Shown piece by piece: positions 18,401-30,500 of a DNA stretch of 38,211 nucleotides (position 1 is the stretch's first letter; every line of letters starts with the position of its first letter). The position numbers were made by a program, and so were the translations under genes. Source of the stretch: Catajapyx aquilonaris (taxonomy: Eukaryota); contig JYFJ02003740.1 in the NCBI GenBank assembly GCA_000934665.2, forward strand, positions 1 through 38,211, in the 5' to 3' direction. Below the pieces are notes generated by a model. The model saw nothing but the letters and a program-made list of their open reading frames with translations. It was not told the origin of the DNA and searched no databases.

Positions 18401-21400
18401 AAATTAACATGAGAGCTGTAGATCTTTGGCCAGTATGACTCCATGCTGGACAGTAAACGTAAAATACAACACTGCTAAACGAAAAATTATTTTCTAAATG
18501 AAATGAAACCATTTTGTATTATGTTGCAGTTTTAACTGACCTAGCCATTGGATAAGGGTAGTGTCAGGATCATAAAATGCATTTCTCAGCATTGAAATAA
18601 TTGGGAATAGCTATGCCTATTACTTTTTTAACATTGGCTCTAGCTCAACCATCAGGTATTAGGATGTAATGGTTTCACATTGCTCATTCCCTTGATTCCT
18701 GTCACCCTGATTACTGTAATACGCATTGTCACATGCTGTAATCGAAGGTTGGATTGTCATGCAGGATGTGTTAAACTCTCCATTGCTAGCTAGGGGTAGC
18801 TCGTATCCAAATTTCTGGCCCAACTCACCTTCTTAGGGGAACTGCGTGGCTGCTCTGTCACCACAGGCTGACCTTCTCCTGTACCTTCCCTTACTTCACC
18901 TCCTCTTTCTGGTCTCTGGTCAGATGCCATAATACAGGACGGACATCAGGAACCAAAATAAAGTTAATTCACATGCCATTCTCATACTCACTGAATAAAT
19001 GCAACTCAAAAACACTGAATGAAACGTGATGCAAAGGAATCAAGGGTAAGGTGGACACTTAGGAAAATAATGTCCTCGGAATAATTCCGAGGATAATATC
19101 AGCTACTGGCAGTACCACTTTTCAATCTACACATTGAGATAATAATTTTTCATAGCCACAAGGGAAGGAAATTAAATAAGCAATAATTTGCAAGTGCACA
19201 CAGACACAAAAATAACTAGAGTAACATAAAAGTAACGGGAGAGAAAATATGCATACATAATGAAACCCATGCACTTCTGTGTCCATGCTTTGAATTTAAA
19301 TGCAGCAAGGAACAATCATGTGATATCCATGTAGTAACCCACCTGTTTTTGCACCCAAATCTTAGCTCCTGTACCAAAAAATTACAAATTCTAAGAAACG
19401 ATGGAAGAATAATGCACAGTACATACTGAATGAAGAGAAATTTTTTGCATATCAATAAATAACGAATCGTGAGACTTACTCAGCTGCACAATGCCGATGG
19501 AAAAGTGGTCCTGCTTCAGGGATTTACTTCAGGGGTACTAGGGTTTGAGAATCAACAGGAATGGGCAATATATGGAATTTGAGGGTGTGTTACAGATTGT
19601 GGCATATCACTGCATGACCTTGTTCAAGTACAATTGTGTACAGAAAATTTAGCAGACACGAGTACTGAACTTCGCAGAGAAAAAGACTTGCCAAAGGGTT
19701 CTCGGAAAAATTGAACTTCTTCCCTGTTGCGAATCCATAACTATCAAACACACAGCTTTTAGTTGCATTCCAGGAAATGGCAGCTTTTAGTGCAACACAA
19801 CACATTGCCTAATTTTAGCTCCAGCTTTACAGGAAGCTGTACCACATTATCAGTGAGTGAAGGCCAAAAAAAGTTATTGGTTTCATTCCAGAAACATAAT
19901 GACATCATTAATGACTCACATGCAAGGTGTGATAGTCTCCTGTTTCTTCTGGATGCCTCGGTTTGCACTTCCCACAGCAGAAGTTGCAGCAGCAGCAGAA
20001 ACAACAACATAGGTAGCAACCAGTGATGAGGCCGCAGAATATTATCAATGCCTTGTGGTGGGCGAAAAATGGTTTTTAATACCACGAGCAATAAGTATGT
20101 GCCAGTCCTTTGTCATACTTTCTCTATAGTATCATCAATGCTAACACCAGCTTCACAGCAATGAGTCCAATTGGTCTAATCACTACACTGAAGCTAATGT
20201 TATCGTTACTATCCCAGGAAAGGATGACGAAGAACCAACTTCATGACCATTATAATTCCAGGCAAAATTTCTACCTTGCACCACCCAGATGTGACCAGGA
20301 AATATGCATTGACATTTTCCTCCCCAAACTGCTCTGCGATGTAGAGCCCCAGAGAGCCATAATTATCATAAATGTTCCTCTTCGTGAGATCGCTCAGAAT
20401 GGCATGGGCACGGTTCACCTCCTTGAACTGGAGAGGTCGGCATGATAGTACTATCCAAACATAACAAGTATCTTTTTTCAAGATGTTACAAAGAGAGATG
20501 AGAGATAAATGCCTTTTCAGCTGCCTCTGGATTCTCTGGATTCTTATCTGGATGATACATGAGGGCCATGCGCCGGTATGTCTTCTTGATGTCATCTGCA
20601 GTTGCTGTCTTTGGAAGCTCCAATACTTGGTACAAGGTGTCCCCAGAAGTCCTTTAAGGAAATCAAGAAGAGTGAGTTACAATCACATATGAATGGTCCA
20701 TCACAACTTGCAGTCAGCAAAATTATGCGAAATCTGTTGTTTTCAAGATGAAGCAAAATGCTGCAATGCTTGCACTGTACCGCCAATGGAAGGTGTGATC
20801 ATGGGACACCAGGATAAAATATCCAAAGGAGAGGTCTGCTGTGAAATATCATTGTGCTTGCATACACTTTTTTCTTGAACTGGTTGGTGTCAGGTGAAGG
20901 CAAAAGCTTCATTTTTGCTGAACTACTAGCTAATCCATATCTATACAGGGTGTTTACGAGCTATCTTTAGAAACTTCTAGGGGTAATAGTAAATAGAGGG
21001 GACCAAGACAAACATATTTCATATAGGAACCCGTGTCTGGAAATGCCATCTAGAGGGGGTTCATAGACAAGGAACGGGTGCGCTCAGACACGTCATGCGG
21101 GAGGCACTAGGCGAGCGGACTGTTTTGTTGATAGATGGTGCTCGGATAGTAAACACCAATGCCATGTGCCACAACCTGGCAACAGCAGAGCCATCTAGCA
21201 ACTAAAGTCCGCCTCCTAGGAGACGTGCGGAGAGTAAACAATGGTTTTGTTGTTGCCAGGTTATGGCGTATCGCGTCGTTGTTTGCTTACAACGACGCGA
21301 TACGCCATAACCTGGCAACAACTGCGCGCCATCTGTCAACAACACAGTCCGCTCACCTAGCGCATCCCGCCTGATGCGTCTAAGCGCAACCGTTCCTCGT

Positions 21401-22690
21401 CTATGAACCCCCTCTAGATGGTGTTTCCGGACACGGGTTCCTAGGTCAAATATGTTTGTCTTGGTCCCCTCTATTACCCCTAGAAGTTTCTAAAGATAGC
21501 TTGGAAACACCCTGTATATCAGAAGAGTCCTTGTTGCGTGGCTCTTTGTCTCAGGTTGGAGTGTAAGGTTTTGTAGCCATCAATACCAAACTATGCATGG
21601 CAATAGGCCATGACAAGGGAACAATTAGAGAAAAAATGCAGAATAGTTTGTACCACCTGCCCAGGTGCCACATTGTCCCCCACACTCATTTTGGCCAAGA
21701 GTATCATGCCATCAAAAAATTTAAGGTAATGAACAGAATGTTTCTGTATGGCTCTGTAGCATCTGAAAACACCAGCAGGAGGGGCAACTAAATGTCACTG
21801 GTCCATACGACTTTCTCTTAATGTGATCACAATTCTACCTCCATACTGTGATGTCTTTAAAAATTCAATAGCTTTTCTTCAGCCACAAGGTCAAGGCATT
21901 TTCCATATGTTATGACTCACTCTGCGCATAATAAGAGCATGTGGTTTTTAGCATCAGAAGTGGGGGGAGTACATGCACTGATTGCAGAACTCATTGATTC
22001 CCCATCATATATCAATTCAAATAGTTGATGACCACCTTCTGCACCCACCCCCGATGTATCTCCATTTTGTCATGGTGGGGAGGCTTGCGTTTCTCCTGTG
22101 ACCCCAAGAGCTAAGCTGGCGGTAGATTTGTCTACTGGCATGGCCACCCTAGTCAAGACAGGTCTTTGGAGTAGGAGACAAAGTGTCTTTCCTCTCTCGT
22201 TTTTTCTCTTCATTTCTCTCTCTGTCTCTCCATCTGTCCCACCTTTCCGTCTTCTAATAGCCAGATAGTCATAGTTGCTTTGATTCCTTCCTAATAAACT
22301 AAACCCTATCCATTCACATAAATGGTTGATGGCCACCTTCTGTACACACAGCTGGAGAAAATAGCAGTCCCTTGATAATTTTTCGGCACAAGTGGCCAGC
22401 AGTGTATTCATCCGTGGGTCGAATTTTTTTGTCCAGGCACAAATTACTTTCAGTGCTTAATTTTTAATTACTGTGTTTGGCCATGTTAAAGAGCAGGGCC
22501 AACTGCAGTGCAAACTTATTTGCACTCCATTGCTCAGTTTGTAGTGCACCTTTGCATCCGGACATTTCGACCCCCTCTGTCCCAATCTGTGTCCCTTCCA
22601 GGAACTTCCCCCAAGGCCAGAGCCATAAACATGCGCCCAGACCGTCCATGCATCTTGCCGCATCACTCACGAGAGCTTCCTCTTGTCCAT
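15461..22690 (-). CDS. Csp: Cysteine string protein (DnaJ homolog subfamily C member 5); longest form 249 aa
   Basis: Exons 22690-22671 (MDKRKLS), 20651-20513 ([10 protein letters not shown]...[15 protein letters not shown]), 20427-20275 ([11 protein letters not shown]...TSGWCK), 20051-19920 (cysteine string [19 protein letters not shown]), 18915-18829 (cassette), 17775-17574 (EDYSDD...VFAMPPPP...VYTP) and 15477-15461 (DVDLR*). J-domain HPD motif present. An alternative stop lies at 17571-17569. Confidence 0.93.
15775..17094. mobile_element. hAT-type non-autonomous element in the last Csp intron
   Basis: 21-bp TIR T(T/A)GAGTCTGGATTT(T/C)TAGGCA; perfect 8-bp TSD GTCATTAA (15767-15774, 17095-17102). 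Confidence 0.85.
16041..16726. mobile_element. Nested CAC-terminal DNA element (Chapaev3/CMC- or Transib-like)
   Basis: 20-bp TIR CA(C/T)AATGGGGAAGTAGCCTT; 3-bp flanking repeat TTG (16038-16040, 16727-16729). Confidence 0.7.
18829..18915 (-). CDS. Csp: Csp 87-nt phase 0-0 cassette exon ([29 protein letters not shown])
   Basis: CAG acceptor and strong AAG|GTGAGT donor; stop-free and a multiple of 3. Position and RP...REG start resemble the optional Drosophila Csp segment as I recall it. Confidence 0.75.
20946..21514. mobile_element. Tc1/mariner-type foldback MITE in a Csp intron
   Basis: TA flanks; termini CAGGGTGTTT...; long (~190 bp) imperfect inverted arms; internal perfect 34-bp hairpin at 21249-21322. 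Confidence 0.9.
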
Positions 22691-23853
22691 GGCTCAAGCA
22701 GGCTGGGAAGCGTCCAGGGGAGCGTGTGTGGTCGTGGTGTGTGCGGCGGAGGAGGAGGGCTACGCCGGCTGGTCCCCTCTAGTGAGATGCGGAGGTCATA
22801 AATGGGAGGAAAGGAATGCGGCCAGTCCTAATCCCATCTGGGCCCATGGATCGGACAAGTTATACACGACTCTTCTCTACTACTTCTTGCAGTCTGTGCA
22901 GCTGCTCCTCCACAAGGCTCGACGAGGCTCGATCGCTCCTTCTCCTCTCCACCAACTGGCCCGCAGCTGCGCTGCTTTCGGCCCACAGCAGACGGAATAC
23001 CAGCGGTCTGAGTTGCGGATATTCGAGGGTGGAGCTGGCCGCGTTCGCACGCCGCTGTCTGTGAACGCGCTCAGAACGGATTGAGAATACGGAATTTGAG
23101 GGGCAACTTATTGCGCAAGTATGAAAAGTGTATTTCGAAGGGGACCGGGGGGGCCATAAATTAGTGTGTGTGCACGCAATTTAGGCCCGGATCCCCTCAC
23201 GACACTGCTGCCCACGCGCCGTGGAAAATGTCAATACCGCGAGCCAAGAAGTAGCCGGGGAGAGACGGAAAATGAGACAAAAATAATAACGTCTGCACAT
23301 GCCTGCAGAATTATAAGGAGAACAGGTTGTAATACTGCTTCAATTGTAATTAGAACATGTATGCTGCCTGAAGTGTAATGCAGGATGTACACTGCCTGAA
23401 TTCAAAGGAATAAAGCCTTGAAACCAGTTGGTGCAATGCATACATTCATTCCAGCCATTCTGTGACCTGCGAATTGGAGCAGGGCATAAGGAAAACAGCC
23501 AAGATGGATTTGTAATCACATGTAATAATATTACTTTAATTACAATGTACCTCCACACAGTAATTGGTCCAACTAGACTTTATATAACAGTGTATTTACA
23601 AGCGTACATAATACAAACCTTGATGGCCACTGATGTGACTATTCAACAGTGAGGATCACCGGAGGGGGAACATAAAACCCATACAGTTGTTATGTACACA
23701 GTGTCATCACAGAACATAAAACACATGCACATACAAATCCTGTTGATGTAGACAGAAACATTTTGTAAAAAAAATGCATAACGATGTTACATCAGCTGCC
23801 ACAGCGTTAAGTGTTTTCCTGGTGGGAGAAAAATCAAGCTGATAGATTATTAC

Positions 23854-23964
23854 CAGGGATGGAAAAAGTACCGCTTCCTTCCAAGAAGCGCTTCTTTTTT
23901 CCATGTGCAGGGATAGAAAAAGAACCACTTACCGCCCAAAGAAGCGGTTCTTTTTCCATCCCTG
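23854..23964. mobile_element. 111-bp hAT-type mini-element
   Basis: TIR CAGGGATGGAAAAAG(T/A)ACCGCTTC; perfect 8-bp TSD ATTATTAC (23846-23853, 23965-23972). Confidence 0.85.
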
Positions 23965-24322
23965 ATTATTACAGTTGAATCCTATTTTGGCAATCTGACT
24001 AGACCAATTTGATCACTGGGAACAAGCCGTTAATTTGATCATAAGCTCTGTAAAATGGGTGGCACCAAAACTCCTTTGGTATGAAAAAGGCGTGACAATA
24101 AATTGGTAATTGGCTTTGTGTGGGGAAAAGCAAAACACCACAAACCATGCAATGATATACGATAAAATGCTTCTTACTGAAAATATAATATTGATATTAT
24201 CTTTTATTGCCTTGCATGATGCATTTTCTTTTCCGTGCTTTCTTCATAAACTCAAAATTAAGAAAATATCACATGATTTTCAGCAGATCATTTCTACTCA
24301 AACCCTGCTGGTGAAAATTTCA

Positions 24323-24375
24323 TAATAATAATAATAATAATGATAATAATGATAGCAATAATAATGATAATAATA
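24323..24375 (+). repeat. Imperfect (AAT/GAT)n microsatellite in the ABCD 3' UTR region
   Basis: TAATAATAATAATAATAATGATAATAATGATAGCAATAATAATGATAATAAT. Confidence 0.85.
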
Positions 24376-24502
24376 TTAAAACCCTGAAGAGAAACTCCTC
24401 CATACAGTTGCCTGCTTCTTCCCTGGTTACAGACAGTCATGTGCCATGTTCACACAATAATTATTAAAGGATTTTTTTAAAAATGGCACAGGTTGAGCCC
24501 TG

Positions 24503-27500
24503 TTAGTCTGACAAATTTTCTGAATTGATGCTCTCTTGTGATGAGGTCTCATCGACTCCATTTTGCAATACAGGTGTATCCTCTCCAAGAAGGTTGCACA
24601 ACTCCTGAAATTAAGCAAACAATTACACGATTATGAATCATAGGATTAGGATATACTGAAGCTTAGGTCTGCACAGCTGCATGACAGTAAATGTGGACAT
24701 TATGTTCCTTCATATTATATTGATGAATCTTATCAAATAACACGGGTATTTTCATTTAGTTAGTGACTTCTCTTTTGGAACAATCAGGACAAAGGGTACA
24801 TATACCATTATTACATTATGTTTCGTCCTACTAATACACGTGCTTTGTATTAGAATATCTCGCTTCTGCATTATCATTGGTCACATACAAGTTAAACCAT
24901 TGAGAGACCAACCAATAACAATGTAGGCTACCGGAACATATCTGCCTTCCCCTAGACACAGGTGATAACCCACATTTCAGGCAAAGTCAGGCGTAACGTC
25001 CTATACATTTGTAGCGGTTTCCTATGGAGCAGGATATGAGGTGACGATGACTGTGATATTGCCTCATACACAGCAATAGTAAGTTATCACACTTACTTCC
25101 TGCTCTCTAGGCAACCACTGTATGTTCACAGGCTGTTCTGCTGCCAACCTCTGAAATATGGCTTATTGCTTGTGTCTAGGCTTCAGGAGAAGGTAAATGG
25201 ACTGGTCCCTCAATACCGTATTTTTGACTATGATTGGGCCAATGATTACACTGACAGCAGGATGTTCAACAATTTAAGAGCATCTTGTGTTGCATCAGAA
25301 AACCAAGTAAATCTCATACTGAAATGAATAATAAGTAAACTGCCAAAAGTGTACATGTAACGCCTACTGAAGAAATCTACTAAGGTGTTCCTAAATCGGA
25401 TAAACTATTGTTTATCCGCACGTTAACAACACAGTCGGTGTTAGGCCTCCCGACGGTTGGCAACGTTGCGTCGCAAACAATCGGGTGCCTATTGATACTG
25501 CTGCATGGTTACATGGAACTGTGCTTTATTCTTCTTTGCGGGGATTCAATTCGGGATTTTGAGGTGATTAAGTGGATGGAATAGCCCTTTGTCTTGGTGT
25601 TGCTGTATGGCTTTTTGTTACCGCAACAGTACTGTACATTGTTGTGGCCCTGCCAGGCACGGTACAGTGCTGGACAAATTAGCCGTCGCTGAATGTTTTT
25701 TTCCGGTCGGCGACGGCGCTGCGTTACCTGGCAACCCCGTCCGGCGGGCCAATTCAAACACCAGCACATGGAGAGCGCTTCCATTGTTGCCACTGTTTAC
25801 AAATCGAACGAGTGACGCGGACAACCCAGCGACGGGTCTCTTCTGCCTGCGCACTCACCCACTCGATTTGTAAACAGTGGCAACAATGGAAGCGCTCTCC
25901 ATGTGCTGGTGTTTGAATTGGCCCACCGGACGGGGTTGCCAGGTAACGCAGCCGCCGTCGCCACCGAAAAAAAACATTCAGCGACGGCTATTACGTCCAG
26001 CACTGTACGTCGCCCGTGCGTGATATTGTTAGTTTTTGCGGAGCGATAGCGGAGCTGGGCGCTTATTGTGGGTTTCTTTATCCGCAACATTTACTGTCCG
26101 TATTGTGGCGCCGCAGGCCAACGAATGTTATTGTGGCTTTGCCAAGCGTGAAGTACACCTTCACACAGTCCGTTAAACCAACGAACTACATGACGCCAAG
26201 TTCCGCCCGCCACCACCCAGCTCTCCCCTCCAATCATGCCCACGACTCACTCTGCAGGCATATTACTGCACACGCTCAGAAAACATGGCTGGTGCGAAAT
26301 CATATCGTTCTTTGGGTTAACGGACTGCAGCAACCATCATGGCTTTCATATTCCCACCTCCTTCATTAATACTGTGGTCCTAGCACTCGTCTGAACGGTT
26401 CGCGTGGCAGGGGTAAGAAGATGCCCCTTGTTATGCTCTCCCGGCAACCGGTTGTTTGCGATGCATAGCCAACATGTTTGGAGCACCGCGTCGCTAGGTG
26501 CGGATAAACGATAGACTTTCCCCTAAATCTGCCTGTCTATCAATATATCCGTGATATCACCATGATGCAAACAAACCTACACGTGGACTTCTGCCATGAT
26601 GTAACCCAGATGTGTGTCTGATAAAGTGTGATTTTGAGATAAGAATTTTTCTCTTAACACACTTGTCAATGCATTTGCTGTCATTAATTTCTCTTCAGCA
26701 TTTCATACCCCACTACATACCAAGTCAAACCAATGCAATGTTTAGATTAGATTTCCTCTTTCCTGAGTTGTAAAATAATGAAGGGCAGAAGTTCTGTAGA
26801 TAACAAATGATTGGTTTCTGAGTATGCATTGAATTATAATGCCTCTGGCCACATGTTATTGATTTCCTTTCACATACCCACAAATACATTCCTTTATCCC
26901 AAGCCTTGACGTCACTGACATGGAAACTACTACCCCACTGCCCCCGCACACCAGTTTCAGGTTTACAAAGATCTGTCAATGATTGGAGTAATATTTCTTT
27001 CAGACATAATATTACCATAATAACTTTCTAAGCAGTTTGTTCCCAAGTGAATCGGTCAAGGGGCTGCTATAGACTGGTGTGCATATGGTAACAATAGCCA
27101 TGATTCATTTGTTGGTTCCAAATTCATATCCACACACATACACTAGGTGAAGATTATGCAAAAGCCTATAAAATTTTAACAATCCATGTTCCATTGCCAT
27201 ATATCGTTTGGTAAACAATAAACGACAATAAAATGCAGGACAATAAAATTTTACAGGCTTTCAATTCATGACTTGAATGAACAATTTCAGGAACCATCCA
27301 AGGCAATAACATCCAAGGGTGATTATAAGTTTAAAAAATATACAACAGCATACCACAAAAAAGCAATTAGGTTAGTTGCATAATATGCAAGTAACACACG
27401 TAAACCTGTTCTTTCACTTCATCAGCAACTCCATATATTGTGAACATGCAAGAAGAATCCCTAGGTCAAATTTTGGTGGTTTTGCGTTATTTATACCACC

Positions 27501-30500
27501 AAAGTGGCACTTCTTCTGCTCCAAGACCTAGTGAAGACCATTTATTACTGAAAATTTCAAATGAGTCAGCATGCCAGGATTTTCAGTGTTCACTAGCATG
27601 TAATAAATGTAAAGTCACATCTTTTCTTTATGTTATCTCGAAACTGGTTTTTGGACATACTGGATATCTCTTACATGCTCATGATATATTGTAAGGGTTG
27701 GTGTGAAAGGTGCACACTTCCTCTCCCATTGTCAGTTCAATGTTCTTAAGGTATTCTAATACAAGCCTACTGCATTTGATTTTGGCTTCACGATGCATGT
27801 CAGGACTGACTGGAATTCTTGGGCAGGACAGAATAGGTAAGGACAATGTTCGAGACTTGCTGTGTAATGTACTCAACAGGTAAACAAAGCAGAATTGACA
27901 TTACAGTATTTCAATCGTTAATATCTCCCATAATGGAGCCAAATTTGACAAACTCAATCACTGTAATTTCATTTTAGAATATCTCAAGGAACCTAGTAGA
28001 GCCAAGAGGAAGTGCACATCTTTTGCACCACTCTGAATAATAATCTATTGATAGTTCCTAAAGTTTTACAGGTGACCCAACTTACTTTAAGCCTCTCCTG
28101 CATCTGTGGCAGGCCAGCTAACTGCTGCTCTAACTTCTCCTTCTCCTCCTTCAATGTGATCCTAGCTGCAGAATCCAGCCTCTTCAGACTCCACCCACCT
28201 TCCCCATCAAACTGCAAGAGGTGGGAGTGGAATTTCCACAGGGATGGCCTATGAGTGATGGTCAGCAGTGTGATCCCACTGTCTTTGGCCTCCTGGTAGA
28301 TGCTGGCTTCAACATCTATGCTAACTGCACTAGTGCACTCATCCAACAGAGCAAACTGGGGGCGATGATAGAACAGGCGGGCCATACCCATTCGCTGCTT
28401 CTCACCACCACTCAGCACATCCTTCCAGTCGGACAGAGCGTCCCAACCACCCTCACGTCGAACAATGTGACCCAAGTGAACCACATCCAGAATGACTTCA
28501 AGATCAGAATCAGTCACCCCCTTGGCTTCCATCTCACACACAGAGTCAGGGTATACGACCTGATCGCGGAGGCTCCCAATGGACATGTATGGACGTTGCG
28601 GGATGTAAAACAAAGAGGATGGTGGAGGCCGCAGGAGAGCCCCCTTGTAAACAGGCCATAGTCCACTTATTATGCGGAACAGAGAGCTTTTTCCACACCC
28701 ATTCGGACCAGTAATAAGTAGGTGCATGCCTGGTTCCACATTGAGGCTTAGAGACGGAACTACCAAGTCTCCATTTGGCGTTATGATTGGGACCTCACTG
28801 ACGACTATCCTTCCCTCCATGCTCTCTGTGACTTCACCTTGTGGAACAGGCATTCCATTACGGAGCTCCAGCCCCAGTGATCCAAGGCTCTTTTGGTGGA
28901 TGGCTGCTCCTGCTGCTTTGGGTCGGCGGTATTTGCCTTGACCCACTTCCTTGAACACGTCGAACATGTTGCCCACCCGAGCAGTGTAGCCAGCCAGCTC
29001 CACGATTTCCTGCAAGGGAGAAGGTAGAGAAGGAAATTACTTGACAAGGTCCTGTAAAACAACTCTCCATAGATCATGTACAAAAAATAGCACATAACTA
29101 TTCATATTTCCAGTTCCAGACGTTGCATTTTATAAGCATACCTGGGGATACTTTTTACACGGAATTTAACGCCACATATTTCAGCTTCCAAAAATGAGCC
29201 CAACTCCCACAACATGCATATTACTCTCCCTACTATCCTCAACAATACCTCCCTTAACAATATAACATCAATATCCAACTATTTCACACTCCCAAGGCAA
29301 TGCCCTCATGCAACAATAACACCGATTTCCTGCCACTCGTCATATAGATGTCCCGTGACTCTCCTTTTTACACGTCCCATCGCCATAAATTCTATGCATC
29401 CACCAACTCACTAACCAAGGTGTGATACCCACCTCACACGAGTTCTTCTCGTGTTGTAATTCCAGAAAAAAAAACCTGCAGGGGATTGCATGAGATTTGG
29501 AAGTAAACTTCCAGACACAAATGAAACCCAACATAAATTGCTCATGTTGAAAACAAAAATAGAACCAGGCCACAAGGCACCACAAAAAAAATAGGAAAAA
29601 AATAGCGTTTATGGTCATTTGTTTGGACTCAGAAGTGTTGCAGTGATATGTTCATGTTTAGATTGTGTTATCAAATTTTTTGCAATTTTTCAGTCGTACC
29701 CCAACCACTACCACCAGGCATCGTCGGGTGACCTGATAGTGCAAATAAATGCACTTAACTTTTTAATCACCCAGGGAACTTTGTTTTAAACTATCTTCCA
29801 TAATAAAACATGACCCACAAAAACTATTCTCAATCTTAAATGCCTCAAGTTACTATCATGTGCTTTTTTTTTGTTCTTGTAATTAGGATATGACACATGA
29901 AGAAGCTAATTGATGCGAAGAGATAATATCAACACATATCTACACTCCTAATGTGCATACAACTGCAATTTCAAAATTCCATGCCAGCAGTTTCCTTACC
30001 TTGTAAGAAGAAATGAGCCTTTCTACTGCATCTGACCCGGACAACAGGATGTTCTTAGTGGTGCTGTAATACTGAGTCCTCTCACTGACTCCGCCATCTG
30101 GAGAGTCTTTGTCCACATGCTTTGAAGTGGCAATTGGGATGGCAACCATCATCATCCCAGCCCCACTCCACACATACTTCATCAGGAATTGCTCTAGCAT
30201 AATGTACCATAGCCGTTTCGAGAAGATCAGACGCTGCTGGGCAACCAGTTGAGAATATGCTTTGCGAAGGAGGCTGAGCTCAATCTGTGGATGGGAAATT
30301 CAACAACTGATGGAAAATACATTATCACAAGTAGTAAAAATACTAACTAGAGCTTGAGGTATAGTCGAACAGACTTCTCATTATTTTGTTTACTAGCTGG
30401 GACTGTGAATTTCCCTTAAATATCACTCAAACTGTGAGTCAATTTGCACTATTAAATGTAAATTATTCAGTTGCAAGGAATTTGAAAATCAATTCAATCA

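Noticed and set aside
19480..19510. Possible extra Csp micro-exon with a GTAAGT donor
   Set aside because: Weak acceptor and a 31-nt length that would shift the frame; cannot be supported without reads.
22477..23084. Plus-strand ORFs of 82-133 aa
   Set aside because: Expected in the GC-rich Csp 5' region; antisense and without recognisable domains.
25509..26369. Mirror-image ORFs of 78-117 aa
   Set aside because: By-products of the palindrome; no transposase motifs.
27993..28085. ABCD C-terminus VSWVTCK...WLY* from the ORF track
   Set aside because: Intron read-through past a strong GTAAGT donor; the family-typical ELCxxLGED end is in exon 24604-24503.
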